Part shown: one piece after another, positions 27,949-38,300 of the stretch
Layout of the letters: the number at the start of each line of letters is the position of its first letter
Position numbering within the stretch: position 1 is the first letter of the stretch
Source of the DNA: an uncultured Spirochaetaceae bacterium
GTDB taxonomy: Bacteria > Spirochaetota > Spirochaetia > DSM-27196 > SKKC01
Reading direction: 5' to 3'
NCBI GenBank assembly: GCA_964565375.1
Contig: CAZMEV010000001.1
Location: 1,638-65,637, forward strand
DNA: 64,000 bases
The notes under the pieces: model-generated
Told to the model about the DNA's origin: nothing
Database searches by the model: none
Seen by the model: the letters and a program-made list of their open reading frames with translations, nothing else
Made by a program: the position numbers and the translations under genes

Positions 27949-29395
27949 AGTCCCCTTCCCGTATAAGTGGAGATGGTGTGTCGATTATGAGTTCCTCGCC
28001 GGACAGGCCGTCGGTGACTTCAATCGTCTGATCCGGACGTTCCATGCCGACCTGGACCTCGCTCAAATACGCCCGTTCACTCCGAATCAGAAAAATCGAT
28101 GCACGAGAGCCGTCGCGCCGTACAAGTGAGGAAAGCGGTACAACCGGTACCCTCCGATCGCTTCCGTACACAATCGAGCCATGTACAAACATTCCCGGGC
28201 GCAGCTTGCCGTCACTGTTGCCGAGCACCACCCTTACTGAAGCGCTTCCGCTTCTCGGGTCGACTGTGGGAGATACACGTTCGACTGCTCCGCCAAGACG
28301 TATGTCGTCGAGCGCCGGTACGACGATCTCTGCGTATTGGCCCGGGCTCAGCCGGCCCGCTTCAGATTCCCGGACCGGCAACAGGGCGTGGATCGGGGCT
28401 TCCTCGAATATCGACACTACCGGCTCACCCTCCCGAAGGCGTTCGCCGACCTCTACGTGACGTGCGCCGATTAATCCACCGGCCGGCGCTGTGATTGTCA
28501 GCTCCTCGAGTAGAAGTTCAACCGAGTCGAGCTCTGCTCGAGCGGATTCGAGCGCACTTCGAGAAACCGCTGCTTCAGCGGCTTCGATCTGTGTGTTCAG
28601 CCTCTGAAGCACATCGATGCGCTCTTCCCGGGAAGCAGGAAGTGAAAGCCCTGCGTCCAGGATTGCCCGATCGCTCAGTGCCACAGACTGTATTGCCGTT
28701 TCCTTAAGAAACGCCTCATAGGCACCACGCATGCGTACCTGTTCGGCCTCGAGCTCTCGAAGCTCTTCGGCGGTTACTCCTCCGACGTCCTTCAGTTGCC
28801 GGGCGTGTTCGATTCGTTCGCTACCGTGGTCAAGATCAAATTCGCGTATTTCCTGTTCGATCTCCCGAAGTTCAAGGCTCATAAGCTCGCGCAGCACGTT
28901 CTCGCGTGCTTTCGCGAGGCGTGCCTCTGCAAGCTCCACGCTGCTTTCCGCGCGTTCGATATCACTGACCGCCTGCCGATGGCGCACGTCGAGTTGCACG
29001 TTTTCAAGCTCGGCGACATGGCTGCCGGAAGAAACACGATCACCTTCCTCTACCGGCAGGGATGCGACCACGCCGTCCACTTCCGCGGTGACATCGGTCT
29101 TGCGCCGAATTACGATCGAACCGAAACTTTCAACCGTATCGCTCACCGTGACCACCGCCGGCCTGACCACATCCACCGTATGGGCAGCTTCCTGCTCAAC
29201 TGTCTGAGATTCTCTCCCGCATGCAGCAAGCGCCGTGAAGACTACCGCGGCGAGCCACGCAATCCGCCACGCGCCGATCACCAGCCGCGTGACCCAGGCG
29301 ATCCGCCACGGGGAGGTCACCAGCCGTGTGACTGACGCAATCCGCCACGCGCCGATCACCAGCCGCGTGATCCACGCCAGACGCCACGCGCTCAT
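27935..29395 (-). CDS. RND efflux periplasmic adaptor (membrane fusion protein), lipoprotein form, with a repeat-expanded signal peptide
   Basis: Lipoyl-like hairpins (VEEGDRVSSGSHVAELEN ... APAGGLIGARHVEVGERLREGEPVVSI), a long coiled-coil hairpin and a beta-barrel C-terminus. Lipobox FTALAAC. The ATG overlaps the TolC stop (ATGA). Confidence 0.85.
   Translation of the reverse strand: MSAWRLAWITRLVIGAWRIASVTRLVTSPWRIAWVTRLVIGAWRIAWLAAVVFTALAACGRESQTVEQEAAHTVDVVRPAVVTVSDTVESFGSIVIRRKTDVTAEVDGVVASLPVEEGDRVSSGSHVAELENVQLDVRHRQAVSDIERAESSVELAEARLAKARENVLRELMSLELREIEQEIREFDLDHGSERIEHARQLKDVGGVTAEELRELEAEQVRMRGAYEAFLKETAIQSVALSDRAILDAGLSLPASREERIDVLQRLNTQIEAAEAAVSRSALESARAELDSVELLLEELTITAPAGGLIGARHVEVGERLREGEPVVSIFEEAPIHALLPVRESEAGRLSPGQYAEIVVPALDDIRLGGAVERVSPTVDPRSGSASVRVVLGNSDGKLRPGMFVHGSIVYGSDRRVPVVPLSSLVRRDGSRASIFLIRSERAYLSEVQVGMERPDQTIEVTDGLSGEELIIDTPSPLIREGDYVHE
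29255..29392 (-). repeat. 39-bp in-frame tandem repeat, 3.5 copies, encoding AWRIAWVTRLVIG-type units at the extreme N-terminus of the adaptor
   Basis: Units at 29255-29293, 29294-29332 and 29333-29371, plus a partial unit at 29372-29392. Units 1 and 3 are nearly identical. Confidence 0.9.
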
Positions 29396-30867
29396 AGCTC
29401 CTCCTGGCGAAGGCCTGTCAGCTCTTCTATACGTCGCCGACGCGTCATTGTGTCGAATCCGACCTCGAGGAAGTTCAGCTCAGCCTCGAGAAGTGACTTC
29501 GAGGCTGTGAGTAGATCCAGCGGGGTCGCGCGGCCGAGCTCCGACTCGGCTTCAAGGATTCTCAGTCGTCGGCGCGCCAGTCCGCGGCGGTGCCGTGCTG
29601 CCTCCCAGTGGTCCACCGATAACGCGAAGAGCGAAAGTTCCCGTCTGATTGTGAAATACAGCTCTTCTTCATAGCGCTCACGGGAGATCAGATGCTGCTC
29701 GAGTTCAAGTAATGCCTCGGTCCGATCGACCTCGCCGGTGATCCGGTTCAATGGTTCGGTTGCGACCTGTGCACCACGTCGGACCTCACCGTCGGCGCTC
29801 GCTCCTGCGGAGAATCCAGCGGAAGCCTGGGAGTCGCTCTGCCATGAGAACTCTATGCCCACCGAGTACCGCGGGTCCCGCAACGGCAGTGTGTCGGCGG
29901 CAAGGGATACGTCGAACGAGGCAGCGATTTCGGGAATTGCGCTCAGTCGCGCTTGCTTCACGTTCTCTCGTGATTGTACGGCAGTGAGAGAACGCCGGCG
30001 AAACTCGAGGTCATTGCGGGTCGCGTGGTCCATGAGTGTTGATGGATCGGCGGTAATGGGGTGGGGAGGTGATTCGGCGGTAAATCCGTCGCTGATAACC
30101 GGCATTTGCCCGGGCGGCAGCCGCAGCATCTGCATGAGCTCGAAACCCGCGCGTTGCTGCTCGAGGCGGTCGGCGCGCAGCTGATGTCTCATTTCAGCGA
30201 CTGAGACCCTGGCATCGTGTACATCGAGTTCGGTAATCCGGCCGAGTGCGAACTGCTCCTCTGCGATGACCAGAGCCCGCCCGGATACCTTCACCGCTTC
30301 CTCCCGTGCACGGACGCGCGCGTCGAACAGCTGAAGCAGGACAATCTTCTCCCAGGCCTCGCGAGCCGTCTGTCTTCGCGTAGTCTCGAGTTCGCGGCGC
30401 CGCAGTATCAGCTCCGCCTCGCGGTATCGTCGCGCCCGTAACAACGCACCGCCGTCGTAGAGTGTCTGGCGAAGCCCGACGGACAGCCGCCTCGAACGTC
30501 TGTCCGGCGACAGTGGCGTAACCGCGGTATCGGTCGCATAGGATAGCGAGAGCGCTGGAAGGTACGCCCGCCGCTCACGAATAAAACGGGAGGTCTGCAG
30601 CTCGGTTTCCATTGCGGCAAACCGAAGTCCCTCCGAGACATCTATCGCGCGCGCTATTGCCTCGTCGGTCGAAAGTGCCGGGCCCGAGGCTCGCCGTTCA
30701 CCGGAACCCGGCTCAATGGCGACGGCACCAGCCCCAGTGGCGACGGCACCAGCCCCTGTCGCGGGCCCATGTGTCGGACCAGCCCCCGTCTCAAGCCCGA
30801 ACACCGCGTACGTGCATGAGAGAATGAGAACTGCTTCCAGCGAAAGGCGAAACACCACGTCGGTCAA
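29392..30867 (-). CDS. TolC-family outer-membrane efflux protein
   Basis: Two OEP-type repeats with long helical segments (LSLSYATDTAV..., RQTLYDGGALLRARRYREAEL). The signal-like N-terminus is followed by a Gly/Ala/Thr repeat. Confidence 0.85.
   Translation of the reverse strand: MTDVVFRLSLEAVLILSCTYAVFGLETGAGPTHGPATGAGAVATGAGAVAIEPGSGERRASGPALSTDEAIARAIDVSEGLRFAAMETELQTSRFIRERRAYLPALSLSYATDTAVTPLSPDRRSRRLSVGLRQTLYDGGALLRARRYREAELILRRRELETTRRQTAREAWEKIVLLQLFDARVRAREEAVKVSGRALVIAEEQFALGRITELDVHDARVSVAEMRHQLRADRLEQQRAGFELMQMLRLPPGQMPVISDGFTAESPPHPITADPSTLMDHATRNDLEFRRRSLTAVQSRENVKQARLSAIPEIAASFDVSLAADTLPLRDPRYSVGIEFSWQSDSQASAGFSAGASADGEVRRGAQVATEPLNRITGEVDRTEALLELEQHLISRERYEEELYFTIRRELSLFALSVDHWEAARHRRGLARRRLRILEAESELGRATPLDLLTASKSLLEAELNFLEVGFDTMTRRRRIEELTGLRQEEL
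30717..30758 (-). repeat. 21-bp in-frame tandem duplication in the TolC N-terminal linker
   Basis: tggcgacggcaccagccccag / tggcgacggcaccagcccctg, 20 of 21 identical. It encodes ATGAGAV twice. Confidence 0.85.
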
Positions 30868-31476
30868 TTACGTACGCTCCTGGTTCTCTTCGAGCGCGTC
30901 GAAGAGCGCTGTGAAGGTCTCGACAACGATGCGGTTGTATACAGCCGGCGAGACAATCGTCTCGGAACTCTCGCCGCGGTACACCGCCTGCACAATCACT
31001 GATCCGCTTTCATGTCTGTTCCCGGTGGCGACGAGCTCGGCGGTAGCCGCTATGCCGCGCCGTTCGCGAATACCGTCTACATAGCTCTGCTCGCGAACAT
31101 CGACCTTGATCACAAAATCGGTATACAACGAATCGGATCCGTCGGCCGGTGAGGAGGAACTGCGTGTGGAGAACGTCGGTCGGTCGGCGATTACCTCGTG
31201 TAATGCCATGTATGCGAGAAGTTCCGGGTCGTAGGCCGGGTCTCCTGCGATATGATCGCTGTTGGTACGTGCCCGGAGACCTGAGATCACAAGCGCCTGC
31301 TGCGACCTGTCGTTGTGGTCGGTGGACGCATACCCGGGCTGCTCCCGGATTCCCTGGTTCACCACTGCGCTCACCTCCGCACGGTCCATACTCACGCACC
31401 CGCTTATCAGAAACACCGACAACACGGTACCTGCGGCGCCGGCGGTCGCCGGATTCCGCCTGCAGCCCCACCTCAC
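30868..31476 (-). CDS. Hypothetical lipoprotein
   Basis: Lipobox VFLISGC. It has a 4-nt overlap with the upstream TPR gene and abuts the TolC start. I recognised no family motif. Confidence 0.5.
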   Translation of the reverse strand: MRWGCRRNPATAGAAGTVLSVFLISGCVSMDRAEVSAVVNQGIREQPGYASTDHNDRSQQALVISGLRARTNSDHIAGDPAYDPELLAYMALHEVIADRPTFSTRSSSSPADGSDSLYTDFVIKVDVREQSYVDGIRERRGIAATAELVATGNRHESGSVIVQAVYRGESSETIVSPAVYNRIVVETFTALFDALEENQERT

Positions 31477-32174
31477 AGTCTGCCCCCGTCGATGCGCCTG
31501 CGAAGGTCATTCGCCGCGTCGTATACCGGACCGCCTGTCTCTCCGGAAAGCTTCGTTGCCGTGAGCGCCCGCCGTTCCGCACGATCTGTGAGGCCGAGCC
31601 GGTAGTAGATTCTCGCCGCGTCCAGATGAAGGCGTGCGATCTCATCGAGCCGTTCGATGCCAAGCTGGTATGCACCGAGCGCGCCGGGCACCTCTCCATC
31701 GGCCTCGAGGAGTGTTCCGAGCGCGTGATACAGCCGTACATCGCCCGGGTCTTCAGCGATCTGCGCTTCAAGTACGCGCCGCGCCTCCTCAATTGCATCA
31801 GGGTCAACTGCGGCTGCCGCTACGCGTGAGTACCAAAGGGCTCCCGGCCTGTGTTCCGGGGCAAGATCGAGTACCCGTCCGAGCGCCTCTTTCGCTGCAT
31901 CTAGATTGCCGTCTATGGCGTAGAGTCGCCCTGCAAGCAGGTGGGCTTCAGGCCAGGTTCGAAGGCGCTCGCGTAACCGGTTGGCCCGTGCCAGTGCTTC
32001 CGAAGGGTGTTCTGCGGCAAGCGCATGCGCGGCGGCAAGCTCATGCCGGTTTTCCGCATTGACCGACTGTCGACACGCGATGAGCGAAGTGACGGCGACG
32101 TGCACGATAACAAGCCACCAGAGCCGCATAAAAACGGGATGCGACAAACCATCAACCTTGATCCTCTTCTTCAT
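31473..32174 (-). CDS. Tetratricopeptide-repeat lipoprotein, first gene of the envelope operon
   Basis: TPR-like helix pairs (AHLLAGRLYAIDGNLDAAKEALGRVLDLAPEH; RLYHALGTLLEADGEVPGALGAYQLGI; AARIYYRLGLTDRAERRAL). Lipobox VTSLIAC. I chose ATG 32174, preceded by GGAGGA, over the ORF-track start at 32258. Confidence 0.65.
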   Translation of the reverse strand: MKKRIKVDGLSHPVFMRLWWLVIVHVAVTSLIACRQSVNAENRHELAAAHALAAEHPSEALARANRLRERLRTWPEAHLLAGRLYAIDGNLDAAKEALGRVLDLAPEHRPGALWYSRVAAAAVDPDAIEEARRVLEAQIAEDPGDVRLYHALGTLLEADGEVPGALGAYQLGIERLDEIARLHLDAARIYYRLGLTDRAERRALTATKLSGETGGPVYDAANDLRRRIDGGRL

Positions 32175-32317
32175 AGTTCCTCCGGCATGAGTCACTACGG
32201 GTCGAACTGCCGGTCTGATTGCAAAATTTTTTGAAAAAGTTGAAATCGCCACGGACATGCGGTGCGTAGGTATGGGTGAGAAGCAATACCTCGAGAAGAG
32301 TATAGGAGGATAGGTTG
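32175..32317. promoter_or_regulatory. Divergent control region between the envelope operon and the giant ORF
   Basis: 143 bp. It contains the only A/T-rich block in the area (GCAAAATTTTTTGAAAAAGTTGAAATCG, 32221-32248), with TTGAAA at 32231 and 32240. I could not resolve a convincing -10 hexamer. Confidence 0.35.
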
Positions 32318-35300
32318 ATGGGTTCGCCAGGACGCATGGCTGATTGGTGGCGATCGTACGTGAATCGTATCGCCGGCTGTGCCTTGTTTATCGTCTGTTT
32401 TATCGCGGCACCCGGCTATGGGGATCCGCTGCCCGCGGACACCGGGGGCGGGACTCACCTTCCGGGTGATATCATGCCACGCGTCGAACTGCAGCTTTCC
32501 TACGCCGACCGTTCGACCGACCCGGAGGAGTGGCGGCGCAGGGTCGCATCGCTCGACGACATTGCAGCGGTCGACGTGCTGATCGAGGAACGGTTCGCCG
32601 AGTGGCTGCGCAGACGATTTCTCGAGGAAGGCGACGGTATAAGTCCGGGGCAACTTCTTGCATCGGTGACTTCGGCCAACCTTGAGTATCTGTACTATAC
32701 AGACGCTGAGGGGGGCATACAGCGAGACCGCGCCGGTGCGCCGCGCATGCGTACCACAGCCGGGCTTGCCGACGACCGTGCCGCATGGCAGCAACGGGCG
32801 AACGAGGCGATAGATGACGCGGTCGCAGCGTGGCAGCAGTCCTTCGAAGCACGGAGGGCCCGGTTGTTCGCCGACCTGGAAGGCTGGGCTGATCCGGAAG
32901 CAGTCGGTTCTGCGTTGCGCGTGTCGCTTGACGGGGACCGTGCGCGGTTGCGCCGGGAGTATCATGCAGAGCTCGAAGCGATTATGCGGCTTGAGGAGCA
33001 GCGCTTTGTAGCAAAACGCACGCGTGACCAGTGGTCCCTGCGTCGCCGAAGCGAGGCGGAAACGGCATCGGAAATCAGTGCGGCGCTGATCGCTGAAAGT
33101 GAACAGCGGCTGGCGGAAGGCCTTGAGCGGCTTGAGGCGGCACTCGAGCCCGCGCAATCCGGGGATCCGGCGGAGGTTGCGGTTGACGCGGGGGCGTGGC
33201 GTGAGAGCTTTCGCGCGCAGTTTGATGCCGGAATGCGCCGGTGGGATGAAGCCGAGGAGCGCCTGATTGCCGAGAGGGTCGAGTGGGAGCGGCAGGCAGG
33301 CATCGACCTTGAGCGGGGTGAACACATCTGGTCGAAGGCGTATCGTGAGCTTCGCGAAGCGCGTGCTGAATGGCAACGCGGGTTACGGAACATTGTCGAA
33401 CGCGGCGAGCAACAGTGGGCGAACGAGCACGAAGCGCTCGAGGCGACGATCTTTGAGGCCCGACGTGAGCTCGAGCGGGCAATTACCGAGCGCAAAGCAT
33501 CGGCGCGCGATCGTATTCATAATCTTGTGGAAATGTATGCCTCCGCGCGTGACACGCTTCGCGCAAGTCTCGAATCAGCTGAATACTGGGTGGGACAACT
33601 GGAGTTCTCCGACGGCTCTGACGACGCGATCCGGGAACGCTCTGAAGTGGGGAAACTGCTTGCTGCCGAAACCGCCGGCGCTTATCAACGTGTTGCCGAG
33701 GGCTTCGATGCGAGATACCTCGAGCCCATGCGGACAGAGCTGCAGGACGCACAGGAAGCCCTTGATACATGGATCCTCGATACATGGATCGAGGAGAACC
33801 CTGAATACGTTGCGTGGCGGCATTTTGTTGGTATTTTGCCACATATTCCGGACTATCCCGATCCGCCGCAGCACCTTGTTGATGAGGTCGAAGCCGCGGA
33901 AACGGAGCTTGCGAGGCGCGAATCGGCTGTCGAGTTCGTCGATTCTCTTGTTACAGCCGGGTTTGATATAGAGGCGTTCGAATCATGGGCTGTATTCGAT
34001 TCCCATGAGGCAGTCGGCGTGGACACCGGAGCAATGTCGGATGTGATTACCGGCTGGGGAGAAGACCTTTCCGAATCGCTTGTAGAGACCATCTTTTCCG
34101 ATATATTCGCCGTCTTTCATAACCGGCGCTCTGCGAGCCAGTTATTGTTCTGGTCAGCAACCTGGGATCGATATGTACAGCAGGCCGAGCAGGCAATGGC
34201 CGACCTCATGGGTACCTACGGCGTCACGCTTGTCGATGAGCCGTTCACTCCGAACGGGGATGAGCTCGACATCCACGGTATCTTCGAGGCCGGTTCGTGG
34301 GAGACGATATACCTTGACGACTATCAGATCGAGCTCCTGAAGGCGAGGGCTACCGAGGAGTACTGGGGGCATCAACTCTCGATTGCCGAGAGTGTTTACG
34401 ATTACGCGCACGACACGTCGAGTAACCGCCCGACCGAGGCACAAACAATGGATGCACTGGAAGCCGCCCGTGAGCACCTCGAAGCGTCGCAAAGTGCCTA
34501 CGAGGAGGCGGTGAATGAGCTGGAAGCTGGTGGCGAGCGGCTGGCGGGCGACCGGCAGCGGATGAGCGATCTCATTGCCGATATCGACCGCATGCAGCTT
34601 CGGCTTTCCGAAGCCCGCGAGGAATACCGGACGCTCATGGATCTTCATCTCGGTCAGAACTACGACTTCTACCAGCGTCGCGTTGCCGAATACTTCACGC
34701 AGCTCGCCGGAATCTGGGGTCTTGACGGTGACAGTGACGGCGGCGAAGAGTGGTCGGCCCTGCTCGAGCTCCGCGATGCCCGTGCAGCGTATGAGGCGGA
34801 ATATCGCTACGTCCGTGCCTGGAACGATATTGCTGCAGTAACCGACGAGATCGCTGAGATCGAATACACGCGATGGAAGTTCGCTTCCGATCCGGAGGAA
34901 TTCGAAGCATCGCTCTCGGCTTTTCACGAAGGTGATGTGTACACGCTCTCCGTACTGCATGAGCAGTGGCGGGAGGTCGCACATGTTGATCCTGCGACGG
35001 CCAGGCTGCTTCGTATTGAGATCGAAGCGGTAGCCGGTCGTGCAGACTCATTTGCGGAACAGAACGTTCGTGAGCTCGAAGAAGGTCTTGCACTGCTCAC
35101 CGCTCCGGACGTGGAGCAGTGGCTTCAGCGGAGTGCTGTTCCGGCTGACGTGCTGGATGCGTACGGGATTCATTCGATGCGGTTTTCGGATATCGACGAA
35201 CTTCTCAATGCGATCGCTGAGGCCGAAGCCCGGGAAGAAGCTGCCTGGCTGGCTCGGCGTGCCGAGCGGGAGGCCGAGGCTGTTGAGCTTCTGCTTGTGG

Positions 35301-38300
35301 TATTGAGCGAGTTCGACCGAATGCCGGATGGTTCTCAGTTGCTCTCGCAGGTCGAGTTACACCTCGAGAGTTCCCTTGCAGGCCCGCTCGACAGCTCGCC
35401 GGGGAGTGACTATGCAACAGGGGCTCTGGCGGCAACGCTCTGGGCGTCGTTTGTCGATGAGGGACAGGCTAATGCACCGGAGCCTGACTGGAGGGAACAA
35501 CTGAAATCGTTTGAAAGCGTGCTTCGGGAACTTGTACACGTTCTGAATTCGCTTGAAGCCCTGGAGAGTGTTGACCGCGATGCGATTACCGCAGCAGTTC
35601 GTCCGCTCGTTGAACGCGAGCACTATGCATCCCGCTTTCTCACCGGACAGAGCGTTTTTACCGGCCACTACGATGATATCTCCCGGTCTATTGCAGAGAG
35701 TGATCGTGGTGCGCTCGCCGGTCTGACAGCACTTCGCCGGGCAGTCGAGCGCCATGGAGATACTGCTCCTGCATTTATCGAACTCCAGGCGAACAGCTCG
35801 CGCAGTTCGCTTGCCTCCGCCTTCGATGCTGCCGGGCTGCTCTCACATATCGACAGCGAAGGCACCGTTGAGCCACGTGCCCCCGGAAACGTTTCCGCTA
35901 TGCTCGCCTCCCTTTCTACATCGGAGTTAAGTCGCTGGAGGAGCGAAACTGCTCGCTCTTTGCGCTCTGCGGCTGCCGGACTTGGACAGCCTCTGCAGCG
36001 GGAACTGCTTATGCTGCTCGATGACGCTGTCGCGATGACGCTCGCCGAACGGGCTACATCCGGCTCCCCGCAAGCGTATGCTGTGGAGCGGGAGGCGGCC
36101 GAGTCGAAAATAGAGGCGAGGCGACGGGAACTGCAGGACGTACATACCGTGGTTTCGGCGCTGCGGGATCCGCAGCGCTCTGCCCGTTCCCGTCTGGCCG
36201 GCGTGATTGAATGGTGGTATGGAAATCCGGCCATGCAGGAAGAACTCGAGGCAACTGTGTCGGTACTTGGTGAAAGCATTGCCGTCTCGGTTGCCGGGGA
36301 GCTTGCGCTGCGCTACGACGGGGGCTTCTCTGATCGTGAGCTCCTCACGAATGCAGCAGCTGAAGAAGTAGAGGCGGTGCTGGAGCGAATCGGGGCGCAA
36401 TCGCTTATCTCAGCGTATGGGGAGCGTTTCACGGAGAAGGCGGTATCGCGGCTGGAGCTTGCCCGATTGCGGTTTTCCGATCTGCAGACGATCGAGTGGG
36501 CCGCCCTCGATTCCCGGCAACAGCTTTTCATTACGCTTTCGAACTGGGAGCACATTCCTCCCGAGGAGGTCGAAGCGGCCGTCGCGGCAGTGAACAGTAC
36601 GGCAGTCGCTCTTATAGATGACTTTGTCACCTCGGCGTCACTTTCAAAGAGCGATCCGCTTCCGGACATTGATATTATCGAGTATTGGATGGCTGACCGG
36701 TACTTCGACGGGTCAAAGGCACATGCGGAAGTGTTACTGCTTCTTGATACCATCAATGACCTCGCGCTGACCGAAGTGTATCGCGCAGGTGAGCTTGCCG
36801 AACCCGGTCTTGAGTCCAAGGCCGAAGCCGATGTCGAGGCCGAGGCCGAGTCCGAAGCCGAGTCTTCCGGGGTATTCAGCTTTCTCGAAGACGAGCTCGA
36901 GAGCGCCGGAGAACTTCTCTCTGTCACTGCGGACCTGCTTACAGACGCAGCTGTTCGCGCGCAGCTCATCAACGGGCCGGATGCGGGATACGAGTCGCGC
37001 CGACTGGGACTTATCGCAGAATATGTCGAACGGATTTATGCCGCTGCTGAAGAACTCGACGGGACGCTGGAATTTGAGGCTGAGTTTCCCGGTACGCTTG
37101 AAGAGGTGCGGAAAACGTTTCTTCTGGAAGTCTACGGCGTGAGCCACGACAATCTCGTATCGCTAGACACCGCGCTAACGCATGTCTTGAGACTTACCGC
37201 CGAGCCCGTGATAGGGGATATAACGCTTGGCGAGCGAATCGCAGACACTCTTGGATTGGCAGGGGAGGTGTCACATCTTACGAAGCTCGCGACACTCGAC
37301 GGAGATCTTGCGGATCCTTACCGAAGGGCGGTGCACAGCGGGTTTTCAGAGGTGCTCGAAGAGGATGTTGCGTTTCGAACCGCTGGAATGCTTGGTATCG
37401 AGACGGACAGCGTATCTTTTGAAGATAGGGCGAAAGATCTTTACTCGGGGAGTGAGCTTGGTATCGCCTTTGAGGCGATTCGTTCAGGTCGCAGCGGGAA
37501 ACGCTCCGGTGAACTACTGCATCCAGCAGGCGCTGGGGCAAGAGCGATTCAGGAAACCGCCTTTGGCTACACCGGCCGGCTGGACGGGGGAGTAGCACGG
37601 TTCGCCGCGAATGCGGGCGAAGACTTGTTCGACGCAATGCGAATTGCTGCTGCGATAGAAACGAATGAAGCGGTGGCTATAGACGGATACACTCCCGGAA
37701 AGGGCACTTTTGGCGATCCCGCCCGTCTGCTCAGTGCTGAACGGGCGTCGGCGCAGCGGAGACTGAGTGCGGCAATACCGGTAATCGAGCAGAGTCTCAC
37801 ACTCCAGACGCAGGCTATCTCCGTTGCATTGGACGCAGCCGAGGCCGAGCGTGAAATTCTTGCGCAACTGCAAGCTGCTGCGCGTCGCTACGAATCCGGC
37901 GAGTTCGCGGCACGGTCTTTTAATAATGCTGCCTACCTGCCGGATAACTGGGAGACGTGGGATATTACCGATGCCGGGCTCGACGCTACCGCCGGCGAAG
38001 ATACGTATGTGCTTGCTACTTTCGAGGTGCCTGGCGACTGGGCAGGCCAGGAATATGTGTCACGTTCGAATGCCTTCACGCGGAGTTCCGCCCGCATTGC
38101 TGATTTGTACGCAACAAGCGAAGCCTCGCTCGCCGGGAGCCTCGCAGACGTGCGCTCTGGCGAGACGCCGGCGACAGCGTTTCACAATGCGTTTACCGGG
38201 CAAAGCGAAGAATCTCTTATTGACCGCGCAGCCGGGTGGCTTGCCGGCACCGACCGCCCGGGGTCGGTAGGGCGCTCGACGTCGCTGCATTGGGAAACCG

